Shown: piece by piece, positions 42,224-52,197 of the stretch
Numbering within the stretch: position 1 is the stretch's first letter
How the letters are laid out: each line of letters begins with the position of its first letter
DNA from: Acholeplasmataceae bacterium
GTDB lineage: Bacteria > Bacillota_I > Bacilli_A > ML615J-28 > CAG-313
Length of the DNA stretch: 64,000 nucleotides
Direction: 5' to 3'
NCBI GenBank assembly: GCA_012838945.1
Contig: DUOG01000051.1
Location: forward strand, 3,845-67,844
Notes under the pieces: model-generated
The model's database searches: none
Seen by the model: only the letters and a program-made list of their open reading frames with translations
What the model was told of the DNA's origin: nothing
Position numbers and translations under genes: made by a program

Positions 42224-42809
42224 AAGAGATCCTATCGATGATGAGTTAGTTGAAATCGAAACTGAAGAAGAAAATGATGAATCAACCGATGAAGAGTTAT
42301 TTGATCCCGAACAACTAGATTTTGATTCACTAGAAGATTTGATGAAACAATTTGAAAAACCCTCTGGTGATAATCAACGTCCAAAAAACGTCAAGGTGAT
42401 CAATTTCCCTCAACGATTATCAAATAATATTTATTTAAATAGTTTATATGTCATGTTGATTAATATCGTGATTATCTTTTCTTTCCTTGGTTATACCAAG
42501 GTCGTCTACTATCAATCGATTCTTGATGTCTTATTGTACGCACTAATTTTTAGTGTGGTTGAAATATTTATCAAAGAAGTTACTTATTATTATTTTCCAA
42601 TGATCATTTTTAAGTCACTCGGTTCCATTCTCTTAGCAATGACCGTCCTTTCGTTTTTGGTGGCCGATGTCGCCCTAAAAAATATTACCTTTATTTCAAC
42701 GAGTGCATTAGTGTTTTTTATTGTGGTCTTCTTAGTCATTAGATCAACAATAACAAACATAATCGCCAGCAAAAGAATAGAAAAATTAATATTTGGGAGG
42801 AAGAAATGA
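42210..42809 (+). CDS. Membrane protein with an acidic N-terminal tail, function unknown
   Basis: ATG at 42210 with RBS GAAAGGGGG. The D/E-rich N-terminus is followed by four TM helices. Confidence 0.4.
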   Translation: MKKYRRDPIDDELVEIETEEENDESTDEELFDPEQLDFDSLEDLMKQFEKPSGDNQRPKNVKVINFPQRLSNNIYLNSLYVMLINIVIIFSFLGYTKVVYYQSILDVLLYALIFSVVEIFIKEVTYYYFPMIIFKSLGSILLAMTVLSFLVADVALKNITFISTSALVFFIVVFLVIRSTITNIIASKRIEKLIFGRKK

Positions 42810-43747
42810 TAATGTCTGAAGGAAAAATGTCTCTATTTGATCTAAAAAATGAATTAGGATTTGAAGTAATTTGGGGAAACGAGTATCTTAATCGTACTGT
42901 TTCTCGCGCAATGACTTCTCGACCAGGTGTTGAACTCTACTCAGATTATTTCAATTATTATGAATATGAGCGGATTCAAATCATCGGTAGTAAAGAATTA
43001 GCATTATTTAATATGCTTGAAAATGAAGATAAAATAGCAAGAACGGAAAAACTATTTAGCTTTAATCCACCAGCGTTTATCTTTTCAAAAAATGTTGATG
43101 CTCCAAAAGAATTTATTCAAGCAGCAATCAAGTTTAGAATTCCAATTTTTAAGAGTCACTTTACCACATCAATCTTAATCAGCAATATTACTGCCGTATT
43201 AAATGAAGGTTTAGCGGAACGTAAAAGTGTCCATGGCGTCATGCTTGACGTTAATGGAGTTGGGGTAATTATTACTGGTAAGAGTGGAATCGGTAAAAGT
43301 GAAACTGCTCTTGAACTAATTAAAAGGGGACATTTATTGATTGCTGATGACCGAGTTGATATTTATCAAAAGGAACCAGGTACAATCATTGGTGAAGCAC
43401 CAAAAGTAACTGAAAAGTTAATGGAGATTAGAGGTATTGGAATCGTTAATGTTGTTGATCTTTTTGGCGTTGGCTCCTTCAGAGATAAAAAGAGATTAAT
43501 GATGGTAGCCGAATTTGTGAAATGGGAAGATGCTAAAACAACGGATCGAATTGGACTCCGAACAGAAACAATCAAGTACTTTGATACTGAACTTCCTAAA
43601 ATCACTATTCCGGTTCAACCGGGACGTAACATGACAACACTCGTTGAAGTAGCCGCATTAAATTGGCGGTTAAAATCAATGGGTATCAATGCTGCTGAAG
43701 CTTTTGCTAAGAGAATCTCAGAATTAGTTGAGGGAGGAAAGAAATAA
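42806..43747 (+). CDS. hprK: HPr kinase/phosphorylase
   Basis: GVGVIITGKSGIGKSETALELIKRGHLLIADD P-loop. Confidence 0.9.
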   Translation: MIMSEGKMSLFDLKNELGFEVIWGNEYLNRTVSRAMTSRPGVELYSDYFNYYEYERIQIIGSKELALFNMLENEDKIARTEKLFSFNPPAFIFSKNVDAPKEFIQAAIKFRIPIFKSHFTTSILISNITAVLNEGLAERKSVHGVMLDVNGVGVIITGKSGIGKSETALELIKRGHLLIADDRVDIYQKEPGTIIGEAPKVTEKLMEIRGIGIVNVVDLFGVGSFRDKKRLMMVAEFVKWEDAKTTDRIGLRTETIKYFDTELPKITIPVQPGRNMTTLVEVAALNWRLKSMGINAAEAFAKRISELVEGGKK

Positions 43748-44643
43748 TGTTTTTAGTTGATTATCCATTACAAAATTGGGCCTTTGAAATTTTCGGGCAA
43801 AGAATATATTGGTATGCAATCTTTATTTTAACAGGAGCCTTACTAGCTTTTGCTTTAGGTTTCCACTTCGGCAAAAAGACAGGTATTTCCTTTGATACTG
43901 CTTTTGAAGGGTTTACTTGGGGGTTAATAGTTGGTGTACTTGGTGCTCGAATCTATTATGTCTTATTTGACCCTAATGGTAGTATTTCTACCATCTGGGA
44001 GTTTTTCAATATTAGAGGTGGTGGCTTAGCCATCCATGGGGCCGTAATTGCGACTGCTATTTATGCACCACTTTACTGTAAGTTGAAAAAGATTAATATC
44101 TTAGTAGTTATAGAATGTGTTGCGCCAGGCTTCTTACTTGCGCAAGCAGTTGGGCGTTGGGGTAACTTCTTTAATCAAGAAGCTCATGGTGGACTAGTTC
44201 CTGGAGCTACCCTAGCTGAACAAAGAGCATACTTAGAAGGTCTGCACCTTCCAGAATTTATTATAAATCAGATGTTGATTCAAGGTGGTAGTAGTACGGC
44301 ACCGGTAACTGGTTATTATCATCCAACTTTCTTATATGAATCGCTGTTAAATATTTTAGGTCTAATCATTTATATGGTTGCTCGAAGATTTATTAAGAAA
44401 CTTTACCTTGGTGATTCAGTTGCCTTCTATCTAGTGTGGTATGGTGGAGTTCGTTTCTTTATTGAAGGAATGAGAACTGACCCACTTTATATTGGTGATA
44501 TTAAAGTTGCTCGTCTTATTTCAATTCTCTTTATCATTGTTGGTGTTGCGATTTTTGTTTTAAGAAGAGTCTTTAAGTTTGCTTTAATTTCTAACTACGA
44601 TACATTTTATAAAGCACGGGATATAGAAGTGAGTAATTCATAA
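43747..44643 (+). CDS. lgt: Prolipoprotein diacylglyceryl transferase
   Basis: GRWGNFFNQEAHG signature. Confidence 0.9.
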   Translation: MFLVDYPLQNWAFEIFGQRIYWYAIFILTGALLAFALGFHFGKKTGISFDTAFEGFTWGLIVGVLGARIYYVLFDPNGSISTIWEFFNIRGGGLAIHGAVIATAIYAPLYCKLKKINILVVIECVAPGFLLAQAVGRWGNFFNQEAHGGLVPGATLAEQRAYLEGLHLPEFIINQMLIQGGSSTAPVTGYYHPTFLYESLLNILGLIIYMVARRFIKKLYLGDSVAFYLVWYGGVRFFIEGMRTDPLYIGDIKVARLISILFIIVGVAIFVLRRVFKFALISNYDTFYKARDIEVSNS

Positions 44644-45281
44644 TGCAGTACAATACGATTATTTTTGATTGTGACGGAACTTTATTAAACACCTATGATT
44701 TAATCGCGCATACTGTAGTTAAGACCTTTGAGGAATGTTTTCCTAATATAAAACTTTCTGATGAAGAAGTAGATGCATTTTTCGGACCGCTTCTTGAAGA
44801 TAGTTTTGCTAAGTATACTAGTGATGAAGAACTGTTTAATAAAGCTATTGATACTTATCATAAATACAATTTACAGTTACACTCCGAGTATGTATATGCA
44901 TACCCTAATGTTAAAGAGGTCTTAAAAACTCTAAAAGAAAAGAATTATAATTTAGTGATTGTTTCCAATAAACTAACCGCTACCATTAAATATGGTTTAG
45001 AAATAGCGGGAATTAATCAGTTTATTGATAAGATTATTGGGAGTGATATCATGAAGGCTCCTAAGCCTGATCCAGATGGCATCAAGCAGGCCTTAAATGG
45101 TATTGAAAATCCCCAAGCACTTATGGTTGGTGATACTGCCTTTGATATTTTAGCAGCAAAAAATGCTGGAATACAAAGTGTGGGCGTTACTTGGTGCCAA
45201 ACCAAAAGAGCAGATTTTGAAAAAATTGGTGCCGATCATATCATTGATGATATGATGGAATTATTGAATATATTGGAGTGA
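44643..45281 (+). CDS. HAD-superfamily phosphatase (PpaX/Gph-like)
   Basis: FDCDGTL motif I, SNK motif, GDTAFD motif IV. Confidence 0.7.
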   Translation: MQYNTIIFDCDGTLLNTYDLIAHTVVKTFEECFPNIKLSDEEVDAFFGPLLEDSFAKYTSDEELFNKAIDTYHKYNLQLHSEYVYAYPNVKEVLKTLKEKNYNLVIVSNKLTATIKYGLEIAGINQFIDKIIGSDIMKAPKPDPDGIKQALNGIENPQALMVGDTAFDILAAKNAGIQSVGVTWCQTKRADFEKIGADHIIDDMMELLNILE

Positions 45282-46201
45282 TAAAAATGATCTATGATGT
45301 TTTGATTGTCGGGGCTGGGCCAGCGGGAATGACCGCTGCTATCTATGCTAGCCGTGGCAATTTAAAAGTAGGTTTAATTGAAAGAAATGTTCCTGGTGGT
45401 CAAATCGTTTATACCCAAGTAGTAGAGAACTATCCTGGATTTAAATCAATCAATGGGGTAGACCTAGCTATGGTGATGATGGAACAAACGGCAGAAAAAG
45501 ATGTTGACTTTATTTATGAAGATGTAACAAGCATTAAGAAAGAAGATAATCTTTTCACAGTGACCACTAATGAAAATGAATATAAGGCAAAGGCTGTTAT
45601 CATTGCTACAGGTCAAGCTAATCGAAAGTTATCAGTTCCTGGTGAGAACCGCCTGATCGGTAGAGGAATTAGTTTTTGTGCCCTATGTGATGGTTCCCTT
45701 TACAAAGATAAAGACGTCTTAGTCGTTGGTGGCGGTAACTCCGCAGTTGAAGAAAGTTTATATTTAGCTGGTGTTTGTAAGAGTGTAACAATCGTTCATC
45801 AACGTGATGAATTCCGAGCAGACCCAGAAGCAGTGGATAAAATTAAAGATAAAGATAATGTACATATTATTTTAGATAGTACAGTTCAACGCTTTATGGG
45901 TACAGATAAACTTGAAGCAGTGGAAATTGTTAATCTAAAAACAGGTGATGTACAAGAAATGAAATTTTCCGCAGCCTTCTTATATGCTGGTCACTTACCA
46001 GCAACCAGCTTCTTAAAAGACTTGGGTATTTTAGATGAACGTGGATATATCATTACTGATCAAAACTTAATGACAAGCATCCCGGGATTATATGCTGCTG
46101 GCGATTGTGTAATTAAAGACGTTCGTCAAATTGCGACTGCCGTTTCTGATGGATCAATTAGCGCTACTCATGCGGTTAAATATGTCCGTTCATTAAAGTA
46201 G
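45278..46201 (+). CDS. trxB: Thioredoxin-disulfide reductase
   Basis: GAGPAG FAD site, CALCDG redox-active CxxC, GGGNSA NADPH site. Confidence 0.8.
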   Translation: MIKMIYDVLIVGAGPAGMTAAIYASRGNLKVGLIERNVPGGQIVYTQVVENYPGFKSINGVDLAMVMMEQTAEKDVDFIYEDVTSIKKEDNLFTVTTNENEYKAKAVIIATGQANRKLSVPGENRLIGRGISFCALCDGSLYKDKDVLVVGGGNSAVEESLYLAGVCKSVTIVHQRDEFRADPEAVDKIKDKDNVHIILDSTVQRFMGTDKLEAVEIVNLKTGDVQEMKFSAAFLYAGHLPATSFLKDLGILDERGYIITDQNLMTSIPGLYAAGDCVIKDVRQIATAVSDGSISATHAVKYVRSLK

Positions 46202-46209
46202 GGATTTAA

Positions 46210-47160
46210 ATGTCGTTTGCGAGTGAAGTAAAGAAAGAATTATTTTCAATTCCGAATCAGCCTTGTTGTGAAAAGGCCCAACTGATGGGCATCTTGAGAT
46301 GCCTTTCAGAAATTGTCATTGTTAAAAACCAGATGAAAATTAAAGTGACAACCAAACTGTCTTCAGTGTTAAGACACATCGTGCCCCTTCTTCGAAAACA
46401 TTATCAGGCTGAAGGAGATTTATCATATCAAGATAATCTTTCAATGGATAAAAAAAGATCATATGGAGTAATGATTTCTAGTAACGCTGATAAAGTTATC
46501 AAAGAATTATCATTACTACCATATGAAGAAGTTGATTTAAATCATCCATTATTGAAGAAAGAATGTTGTCAAACTGCTTTCATCAGAGGTAACTTTATTG
46601 CTAGGGGTTCAATTAACGATCCCAAGAAAAGCAATTATCATTTAGAGATACTTTATAAAAATGAAAGCGATGCTCTCTTAGCTATTACGATACTAGCTAA
46701 AAACTATATGAATGCACGAATATCAGAAAGAAAGAATGGCACCTTAATGTATATAAAAAAAGCCGAAGAAATTAGCAATTTCTTGGCCTTTATTGGTGCA
46801 GCAAACGGTATCTTCTATTTTGAAGATTCGCGGATTTTAAGAGACTTAAATAATTCGGTTAATCGAATTATGAATTGTGATATTGCTAACTCTAATAAGT
46901 CGCTTCAAACATGTCAATATCAGTTAGAAGCCATTAAGTATTTAGAAGATGAAGGCATCGTTGATAAATTGACGCCTAGACTAAGAGATGCCATTAATCT
47001 TCGCAAGGAATATCCCGATAGTTCATTAAAGGAATTAAGTGAATATTCTTATAATGTTTTGGGAAAAGAGATGTCTCGTTCAGGAATTAATCATTGCTTA
47101 AGAGAAATAGTTAGCATATATGAAAAAAGAAAACAACCCTTAAAAGAGTTGAATGATTAA
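46210..47160 (+). CDS. whiA: DNA-binding protein WhiA
   Basis: 316 aa; N-terminal SFASEVKKEL; degenerate LAGLIDADG-like repeats; a C-terminal HTH. Confidence 0.8.
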   Translation: MSFASEVKKELFSIPNQPCCEKAQLMGILRCLSEIVIVKNQMKIKVTTKLSSVLRHIVPLLRKHYQAEGDLSYQDNLSMDKKRSYGVMISSNADKVIKELSLLPYEEVDLNHPLLKKECCQTAFIRGNFIARGSINDPKKSNYHLEILYKNESDALLAITILAKNYMNARISERKNGTLMYIKKAEEISNFLAFIGAANGIFYFEDSRILRDLNNSVNRIMNCDIANSNKSLQTCQYQLEAIKYLEDEGIVDKLTPRLRDAINLRKEYPDSSLKELSEYSYNVLGKEMSRSGINHCLREIVSIYEKRKQPLKELND

Positions 47161-47444
47161 TCAGAATATTCTAAATCGCTAAAATCAAATAGGTCTCTCG
47201 GGTTGATGTTAAGCGAATAACAAATCTTTTCGATATTTTTGATGGAAATGTTTTTTTCGGCCCGTTCGATTTGTCCGACATAGGTGCGATGGAGACCTAC
47301 TTCAAAAGCAAAAGCTTCTTGACTCATTCCCAAATTAGTACGTATTTGACGAATCTTTCGTCCTAAAAGTACGGGAATTGGTTCATTATTAAGAAACGTA
47401 GAATTGTTAATTGTATTCCTTTTTTCCATGTTACAAAACCTCAT
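47157..47444 (-). CDS. XRE-family HTH transcriptional regulator
   Basis: LGMSQEAFAFEVGLHRTYVGQIERAEKNISIKNIEKI. It is convergent with whiA, and the two stop codons overlap (TTAA). Confidence 0.75.
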   Translation of the reverse strand: MRFCNMEKRNTINNSTFLNNEPIPVLLGRKIRQIRTNLGMSQEAFAFEVGLHRTYVGQIERAEKNISIKNIEKICYSLNINPRDLFDFSDLEYSD

Positions 47445-47503
47445 CCTATATAATACACTAAAAAATGGGATAAATCTACAGCCTATAAGTAGCAGGTGAT
47501 ATA

Positions 47504-47857
47504 ATGATAAAAAAAATTGGGATTGATATAGTTGCGAATAAGCGGATAAAAAAGCTGCTTAAAAATGAAAAGTTTATTAAACGCATTCTGTCAGATGAGG
47601 AACTAGCGACATTTAATACTTTCACTTTGGAAAAAAGGAAGGTTGAATATTTAGCTGGAAGATTCGCCGCAAAAGAAGCTTTAGTTAAAGCAATCGGAAG
47701 TCAAGATGGAGAGTTTAATTTTAATCGCGTTAGTGTTTTGAATGATGCCGACGGGACACCAATAGTCAAACACTGTTTTGATAATTTAATAATTCATGTC
47801 TCAATTAGTCATGAAAATGAATATACGGTGTCTATGGTCATTATTGAAAAAAACTAA
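47504..47857 (+). CDS. acpS: Holo-[acyl-carrier-protein] synthase
   Basis: IGIDIV...EALVKAIG fold, 117 aa. Confidence 0.85.
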   Translation: MIKKIGIDIVANKRIKKLLKNEKFIKRILSDEELATFNTFTLEKRKVEYLAGRFAAKEALVKAIGSQDGEFNFNRVSVLNDADGTPIVKHCFDNLIIHVSISHENEYTVSMVIIEKN

Positions 47858-47901
47858 TAAAACTTGACATATTTCGTATTTAATATTGGTATAATACTTT
47901 T

Positions 47902-47970
47902 AGTGCTATGCCAATATTTAAAGAACAGATAGCACTGTTGTTAAGTGCTATTTTTTTTATAGGAGAATAG
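47902..47970 (+). promoter_or_regulatory. Transcription-attenuator-like leader upstream of the Ca2+ ATPase gene: alternative antiterminator/terminator hairpins and a 20-codon uORF
   Basis: AGTGCTAT (47902-09), ATAGCACT (47929-36), AGTGCTAT (47944-51), then T8. uORF 47908-47970 encodes MPIFKEQIALLLSAIFFIGE. TGgTATAAT lies at 47887-95. Confidence 0.4.
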
Positions 47971-47973
47971 ATT

Positions 47974-50664
47974 ATGTTTGAACAAAAATCAATTTTAGAG
48001 TGTCTAAAAGAGTTAGACACTAATTTAGAACAAGGATTAACGGAAAGTGAAGCCCAAAGAAGATTAGAAGAATATGGGAAAAACGCGTTAGAAACAGATG
48101 GTAAAAAGAGTATCTGGAAGATTTTCTTTTCCCAAATAAATGAGCCAATGATCTATATCTTATTAGCGGCAGCAGCTATCTCTTTGTTGCTCGGGGAGAT
48201 TGCTGATGCGGTGATTATTTTAATTGTGGTGCTTTTGAATGCGATTATTGGCACCGTCCAAGAGGCCAAAGCTGAAAAAGTATTAGAATCACTTAAAAAA
48301 CTATCTTCTCCAACCGCAACCGTCAAACGCGATGGCATTTTAAAAGAAATTAAAGCAGAAGATGTAGTGCCAGGTGACATTATGCATTTGGAAGCCGGAC
48401 GCTATGTCAGTGCTGATTTACGTTTAGTTGAAGCAATTAACTTAAAGATTGAAGAATCTTCATTGACAGGAGAATCATTACCAGTATTGAAAAATGCTAA
48501 TATGGTCCTAAAAGAAAACACACCAATTGGTGATAGGTTAAATCTGGCCTATATGTCCACCAGTGTGGTCTATGGCCGAGGTGTTGGTATTGTTTGTGGT
48601 ACTGGTATGAGTACCGAGATTGGTAGGATTGCTGAACTTATAAATAAGGAAGAGGGCGAACCAACGCCATTACAAAAACGACTTGGTGACCTCGGTAAAC
48701 TCTTAGGAATAGTGACTATCATAATTTCAGTGGTTCTTTTCATTCTCGCAATTATCCAAAAACGTGATCCACTAGCAATGCTAATCACAGCAATCTCGCT
48801 TGCGGTAGCGGCCATTCCGGAAGGACTACCAGCCGTTGTTACTATTGTACTAGCACTTGGGGTACAACGAATGGTAAAGGTAAATACCATTGTCAGAAAA
48901 CTCCATAGTGTTGAAACCTTAGGTGCTGTAAGTGTTGTCTGTAGCGATAAAACCGGAACCCTAACTGAAAATAAGATGACGGTCACTAAAGTATACTATA
49001 ATTTTAATACTCATGATGTTGAAGAACTTGATAAACAAGTATTGCTTAATGAGGCTAGTTTACTCGTAACGGGGATGGCACTTTGTAATGATGCTAGTAT
49101 TGAAGGAGAAAACAGAATCGGTGATCCGACTGAAATTGCTTTAATAGATCTTGCTTATGAGTTTAAACTAAAAAAAGATGATTTGCAAAAGAAATATCCT
49201 CGGGTTGATGAAATACCTTTTGATTCAAATCGTAAGATGATGACAACTGTTCATCTTTCCAATAATAAAAGGGTCTCTTATACTAAAGGAGCCCTAGATC
49301 AAATCTTAAATAAAACAACCGGTATTAGTATTAATGGAATAATTAAGCCAATTACCGAAAAAGACATTATCCGGATTCAAGAAGCAGCTGCTTTAATGGC
49401 TAAGGGGGCCCTAAGAGTTTTGGCGTTTGCTTATAAAGAAGATGTCCAAATGGCATCAGAAGATAACTTAATCTTTGTTGGGTTTGTGGGAATGATTGAC
49501 CCAGCTAGAAAAGAAGCAGCACCAGCGGTACAGTCATTAAAAGAAGCAGGGATAAAAACAGTTATGATTACTGGTGACCATAAAGATACCGCCCTAGCGA
49601 TTGCTAAAGACTTAAAGATTGCCTACAGTGAAGCAGAATGTATGAGCGGTGAGGAACTCAACTTGATGACGCAAGAAGAGTTGAATAGTAAGGTTATGGA
49701 TGTTTCCGTTTATGCTCGGGTTTCACCAGAACATAAAGTTATGATTGTAAAAGCCTTTAAGAGTCATGATTTGATTGTGGCGATGACGGGTGACGGAGTA
49801 AATGATGCTCCTAGTTTAAAAGCAGCAGACATTGGGATTTCCATGGGGATTACAGGAACAGACGTTGCTAAGGGAGCTTCGGATATGACCCTTAGTGATG
49901 ATAACTTTGCATCAATTGAAAAGGCAGTTCGTGAAGGTCGCGGAATCTATTCCAATATAAAAAAATCAGTTTTGTTTTTGCTTTCAAGTAATTTTGGTGA
50001 AGTAGCAATTATGTTCTTAGGAATATTATTGTTCTTCCCAGTACCTCTCCTACCAATTCATATTTTATGGGTGAACTTGATTACCGACTCCTTACCTGCC
50101 CTTGCCTTAGGTGCAGATAATATTGATGATGACATTATGAAAGAAAAACCACGAAAGTCAACTGAAAATTTATTTGCGCATGGTGGTTTAAAACTTACTT
50201 TATTCTATGGTATCCTAATTGCTTTGATTTCATTTGCGATGTTCTTAAGTGTACCAATTCAAGCCCTTATAAATCAAAACCTTCCGATTACCATAACTAA
50301 TCTCACTCAAATGTTTAAAGATGATCCAGACAGGTTGATTCTATCAAGAACTTTAGCCTTTTCAACTTTAGCCGTTTGTCAGTTATTCCATGCCTTTGGG
50401 ATGCGAAATGTTAAGAAATCTATCTTTGACCCTAAGATTTTTGGCAAAAATAGACTAATGTTTTTTTCCTTTATTTTTGGAATGTTATTACAGGTTGCGG
50501 TGACGGAAGTGCCATTTTTAGTCACATTCTTTAAGACAAGTAGCTTGAGTATTAACTATTGGATTGTCATTTTATCAGTGGCTTTAATCCCGGTAACAAT
50601 GCATGAGATTATATTTGTGTTAAATTATTATCGTGAAAAAAGAAAAAAAGTGAAAGAGTATTAA
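47974..50664 (+). CDS. Ca2+-transporting P-type ATPase (P2A/SERCA-like, YloB-type)
   Basis: CSDKTGTLT phosphorylation site, TGES, MITGD, GDGVNDAPSL, and 10 TM helices. Confidence 0.9.
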   Translation: MFEQKSILECLKELDTNLEQGLTESEAQRRLEEYGKNALETDGKKSIWKIFFSQINEPMIYILLAAAAISLLLGEIADAVIILIVVLLNAIIGTVQEAKAEKVLESLKKLSSPTATVKRDGILKEIKAEDVVPGDIMHLEAGRYVSADLRLVEAINLKIEESSLTGESLPVLKNANMVLKENTPIGDRLNLAYMSTSVVYGRGVGIVCGTGMSTEIGRIAELINKEEGEPTPLQKRLGDLGKLLGIVTIIISVVLFILAIIQKRDPLAMLITAISLAVAAIPEGLPAVVTIVLALGVQRMVKVNTIVRKLHSVETLGAVSVVCSDKTGTLTENKMTVTKVYYNFNTHDVEELDKQVLLNEASLLVTGMALCNDASIEGENRIGDPTEIALIDLAYEFKLKKDDLQKKYPRVDEIPFDSNRKMMTTVHLSNNKRVSYTKGALDQILNKTTGISINGIIKPITEKDIIRIQEAAALMAKGALRVLAFAYKEDVQMASEDNLIFVGFVGMIDPARKEAAPAVQSLKEAGIKTVMITGDHKDTALAIAKDLKIAYSEAECMSGEELNLMTQEELNSKVMDVSVYARVSPEHKVMIVKAFKSHDLIVAMTGDGVNDAPSLKAADIGISMGITGTDVAKGASDMTLSDDNFASIEKAVREGRGIYSNIKKSVLFLLSSNFGEVAIMFLGILLFFPVPLLPIHILWVNLITDSLPALALGADNIDDDIMKEKPRKSTENLFAHGGLKLTLFYGILIALISFAMFLSVPIQALINQNLPITITNLTQMFKDDPDRLILSRTLAFSTLAVCQLFHAFGMRNVKKSIFDPKIFGKNRLMFFSFIFGMLLQVAVTEVPFLVTFFKTSSLSINYWIVILSVALIPVTMHEIIFVLNYYREKRKKVKEY

Positions 50665-50670
50665 AAAAAG

Positions 50671-50690
50671 TCTCGAATATCGAGACTTTT
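50671..50690. terminator. Bidirectional intrinsic terminator (A-run, GTCTCGA-ata-TCGAGAC, T-run)
   Basis: It lies between the convergent ATPase and DUF378 genes. Confidence 0.6.
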
Positions 50691-50697
50691 ATCTATC

Positions 50698-50919
50698 CTA
50701 GCGGGCGGCAATTCGTCTTTCGTAACGATCAGAAGTTGCTAAGGATGCAATACTTATAATTCCTGCAACCCCCACAATGGCATAGATAATTCGAGAAATA
50801 ATAGTACTGTAACCATCAAATAGGAAACTAACGAGATTAAAATTAAATAATCCCACTAACCCCCAATTGAGAGCACCTATTATGACAATTACCAAAGCAA
50901 TTTTTTGTAATGTGCTCAT
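50698..50919 (-). CDS. DUF378-family small membrane protein
   Basis: MSTLQKIALVIVIIGALNWGLVGLF. The ATG at 50919 sits behind RBS AAGGAGGT. Confidence 0.6.
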   Translation of the reverse strand: MSTLQKIALVIVIIGALNWGLVGLFNFNLVSFLFDGYSTIISRIIYAIVGVAGIISIASLATSDRYERRIAAR

Positions 50920-51068
50920 AAAATACCTCCTTAATTTCTCGTTATTATTTTGACATATTATATTAAAAATATACATTATCGCCCTTGATAAATAATTGTT
51001 TTGTTAATCATTTATAGAATAATTTTATATAATTGTCATATTATTTATTGAAAGTCAAGAGGTGGAGT

Positions 51069-52073
51069 ATGAAAAAAATAATTCTTTCTTTTGGATTGGT
51101 TATATTTTGTGCATTAATCTTAGTGGGATGTGCCAAAGATAAAGCGATAACGCAAGCATTTCCGAAAAAGGTGCAGGAATTAGATAGTTATGTTTTAAGG
51201 GGTCGTTTAGAATCTTTCTATCCAACCGGACGTAAAGAAAGTGAAGTGACGGTGAAATACAAAAAACCGGATCTTTATCGGGTTGAGATAAAGATGTTAG
51301 GACTTGATGAGAGTCAACTCATAATTAAAAACAATGATGGGGTTTATGTTTTGATACCACGCATCAATAAAACTTTTAAGATTGATGGTAATTGGCCACT
51401 CAACTCATCGACATCTTATCTTCTCCAATCTTTAGCTAAAGATATTATCAATGATGAAAACATTAGGATAACGGAAGAAAAAGATGCTATTTATGTTGAA
51501 GTAAAAGCCCATATGTTCAATGATGCCAATCCGACTAAACAAAAAATTGTTTTTGATAAAAAAACTAAATTGCCTTCTGAGGTATTAGTTTATGATGAAA
51601 ATGAAAACTTAATGCAACGACTTACCATTAATACAATTGAACTTAATCCAAGTCTAAGCAATGATGTTTTTAAAGTCAAAGTAGCTAATGATGAAGTAAG
51701 AGAAGAGTATGGCAATGAAAGCCCAACTTATTCTGATCGAACCTTTGTCTATCCAACTTATTTTCCTCCAGGAACAGCTCGTGAACAAGAAGTAATTAGC
51801 GGCGAAGGTGAAAACCTCATGGCCATTATTAAGTTCCGTGGCGAAGATGTTAGTTATAACATTATTGAAACCTATGTCAATGATCAAGAAGTTCTAACAA
51901 CAACCTATGTTACGGGTGAAATTTTAAGTGTCACCAGTAATGTTGCCATCTATACTAACAATCAATTAATCTTTTATGAAAATGGTATTGAATTTACCAT
52001 TGCATCAAATAATTTGGCACTTGATGAAATTCATAAAATGGCAGTCTCGATGATTGCAGCAAACGAAAAATAA
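51069..52073 (+). CDS. Lipoprotein (possibly LolA-fold/YdcC-like)
   Basis: Signal peptide with lipobox LVGCAK; the ATG at 51069 sits behind RBS AGAGGTGGAG. Confidence 0.5.
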   Translation: MKKIILSFGLVIFCALILVGCAKDKAITQAFPKKVQELDSYVLRGRLESFYPTGRKESEVTVKYKKPDLYRVEIKMLGLDESQLIIKNNDGVYVLIPRINKTFKIDGNWPLNSSTSYLLQSLAKDIINDENIRITEEKDAIYVEVKAHMFNDANPTKQKIVFDKKTKLPSEVLVYDENENLMQRLTINTIELNPSLSNDVFKVKVANDEVREEYGNESPTYSDRTFVYPTYFPPGTAREQEVISGEGENLMAIIKFRGEDVSYNIIETYVNDQEVLTTTYVTGEILSVTSNVAIYTNNQLIFYENGIEFTIASNNLALDEIHKMAVSMIAANEK

Positions 52074-52086
52074 ATTTAAAGTTAGC

Positions 52087-52120
52087 CTTATTGAACGTTC
52101 TTTCAATAAGGTTTTCTTTT
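52087..52120 (+). terminator. Intrinsic terminator
   Basis: CCTTATTGAA-cgttct-TTCAATAAGG, then TTTTCTTTT. Confidence 0.55.
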
Positions 52121-52197
52121 CTCATACATTATTAATTGAAAAACCTACGATAATATAGTATAATGTTTTATATCAAAAATTATTCGGAGGTTTTAAA

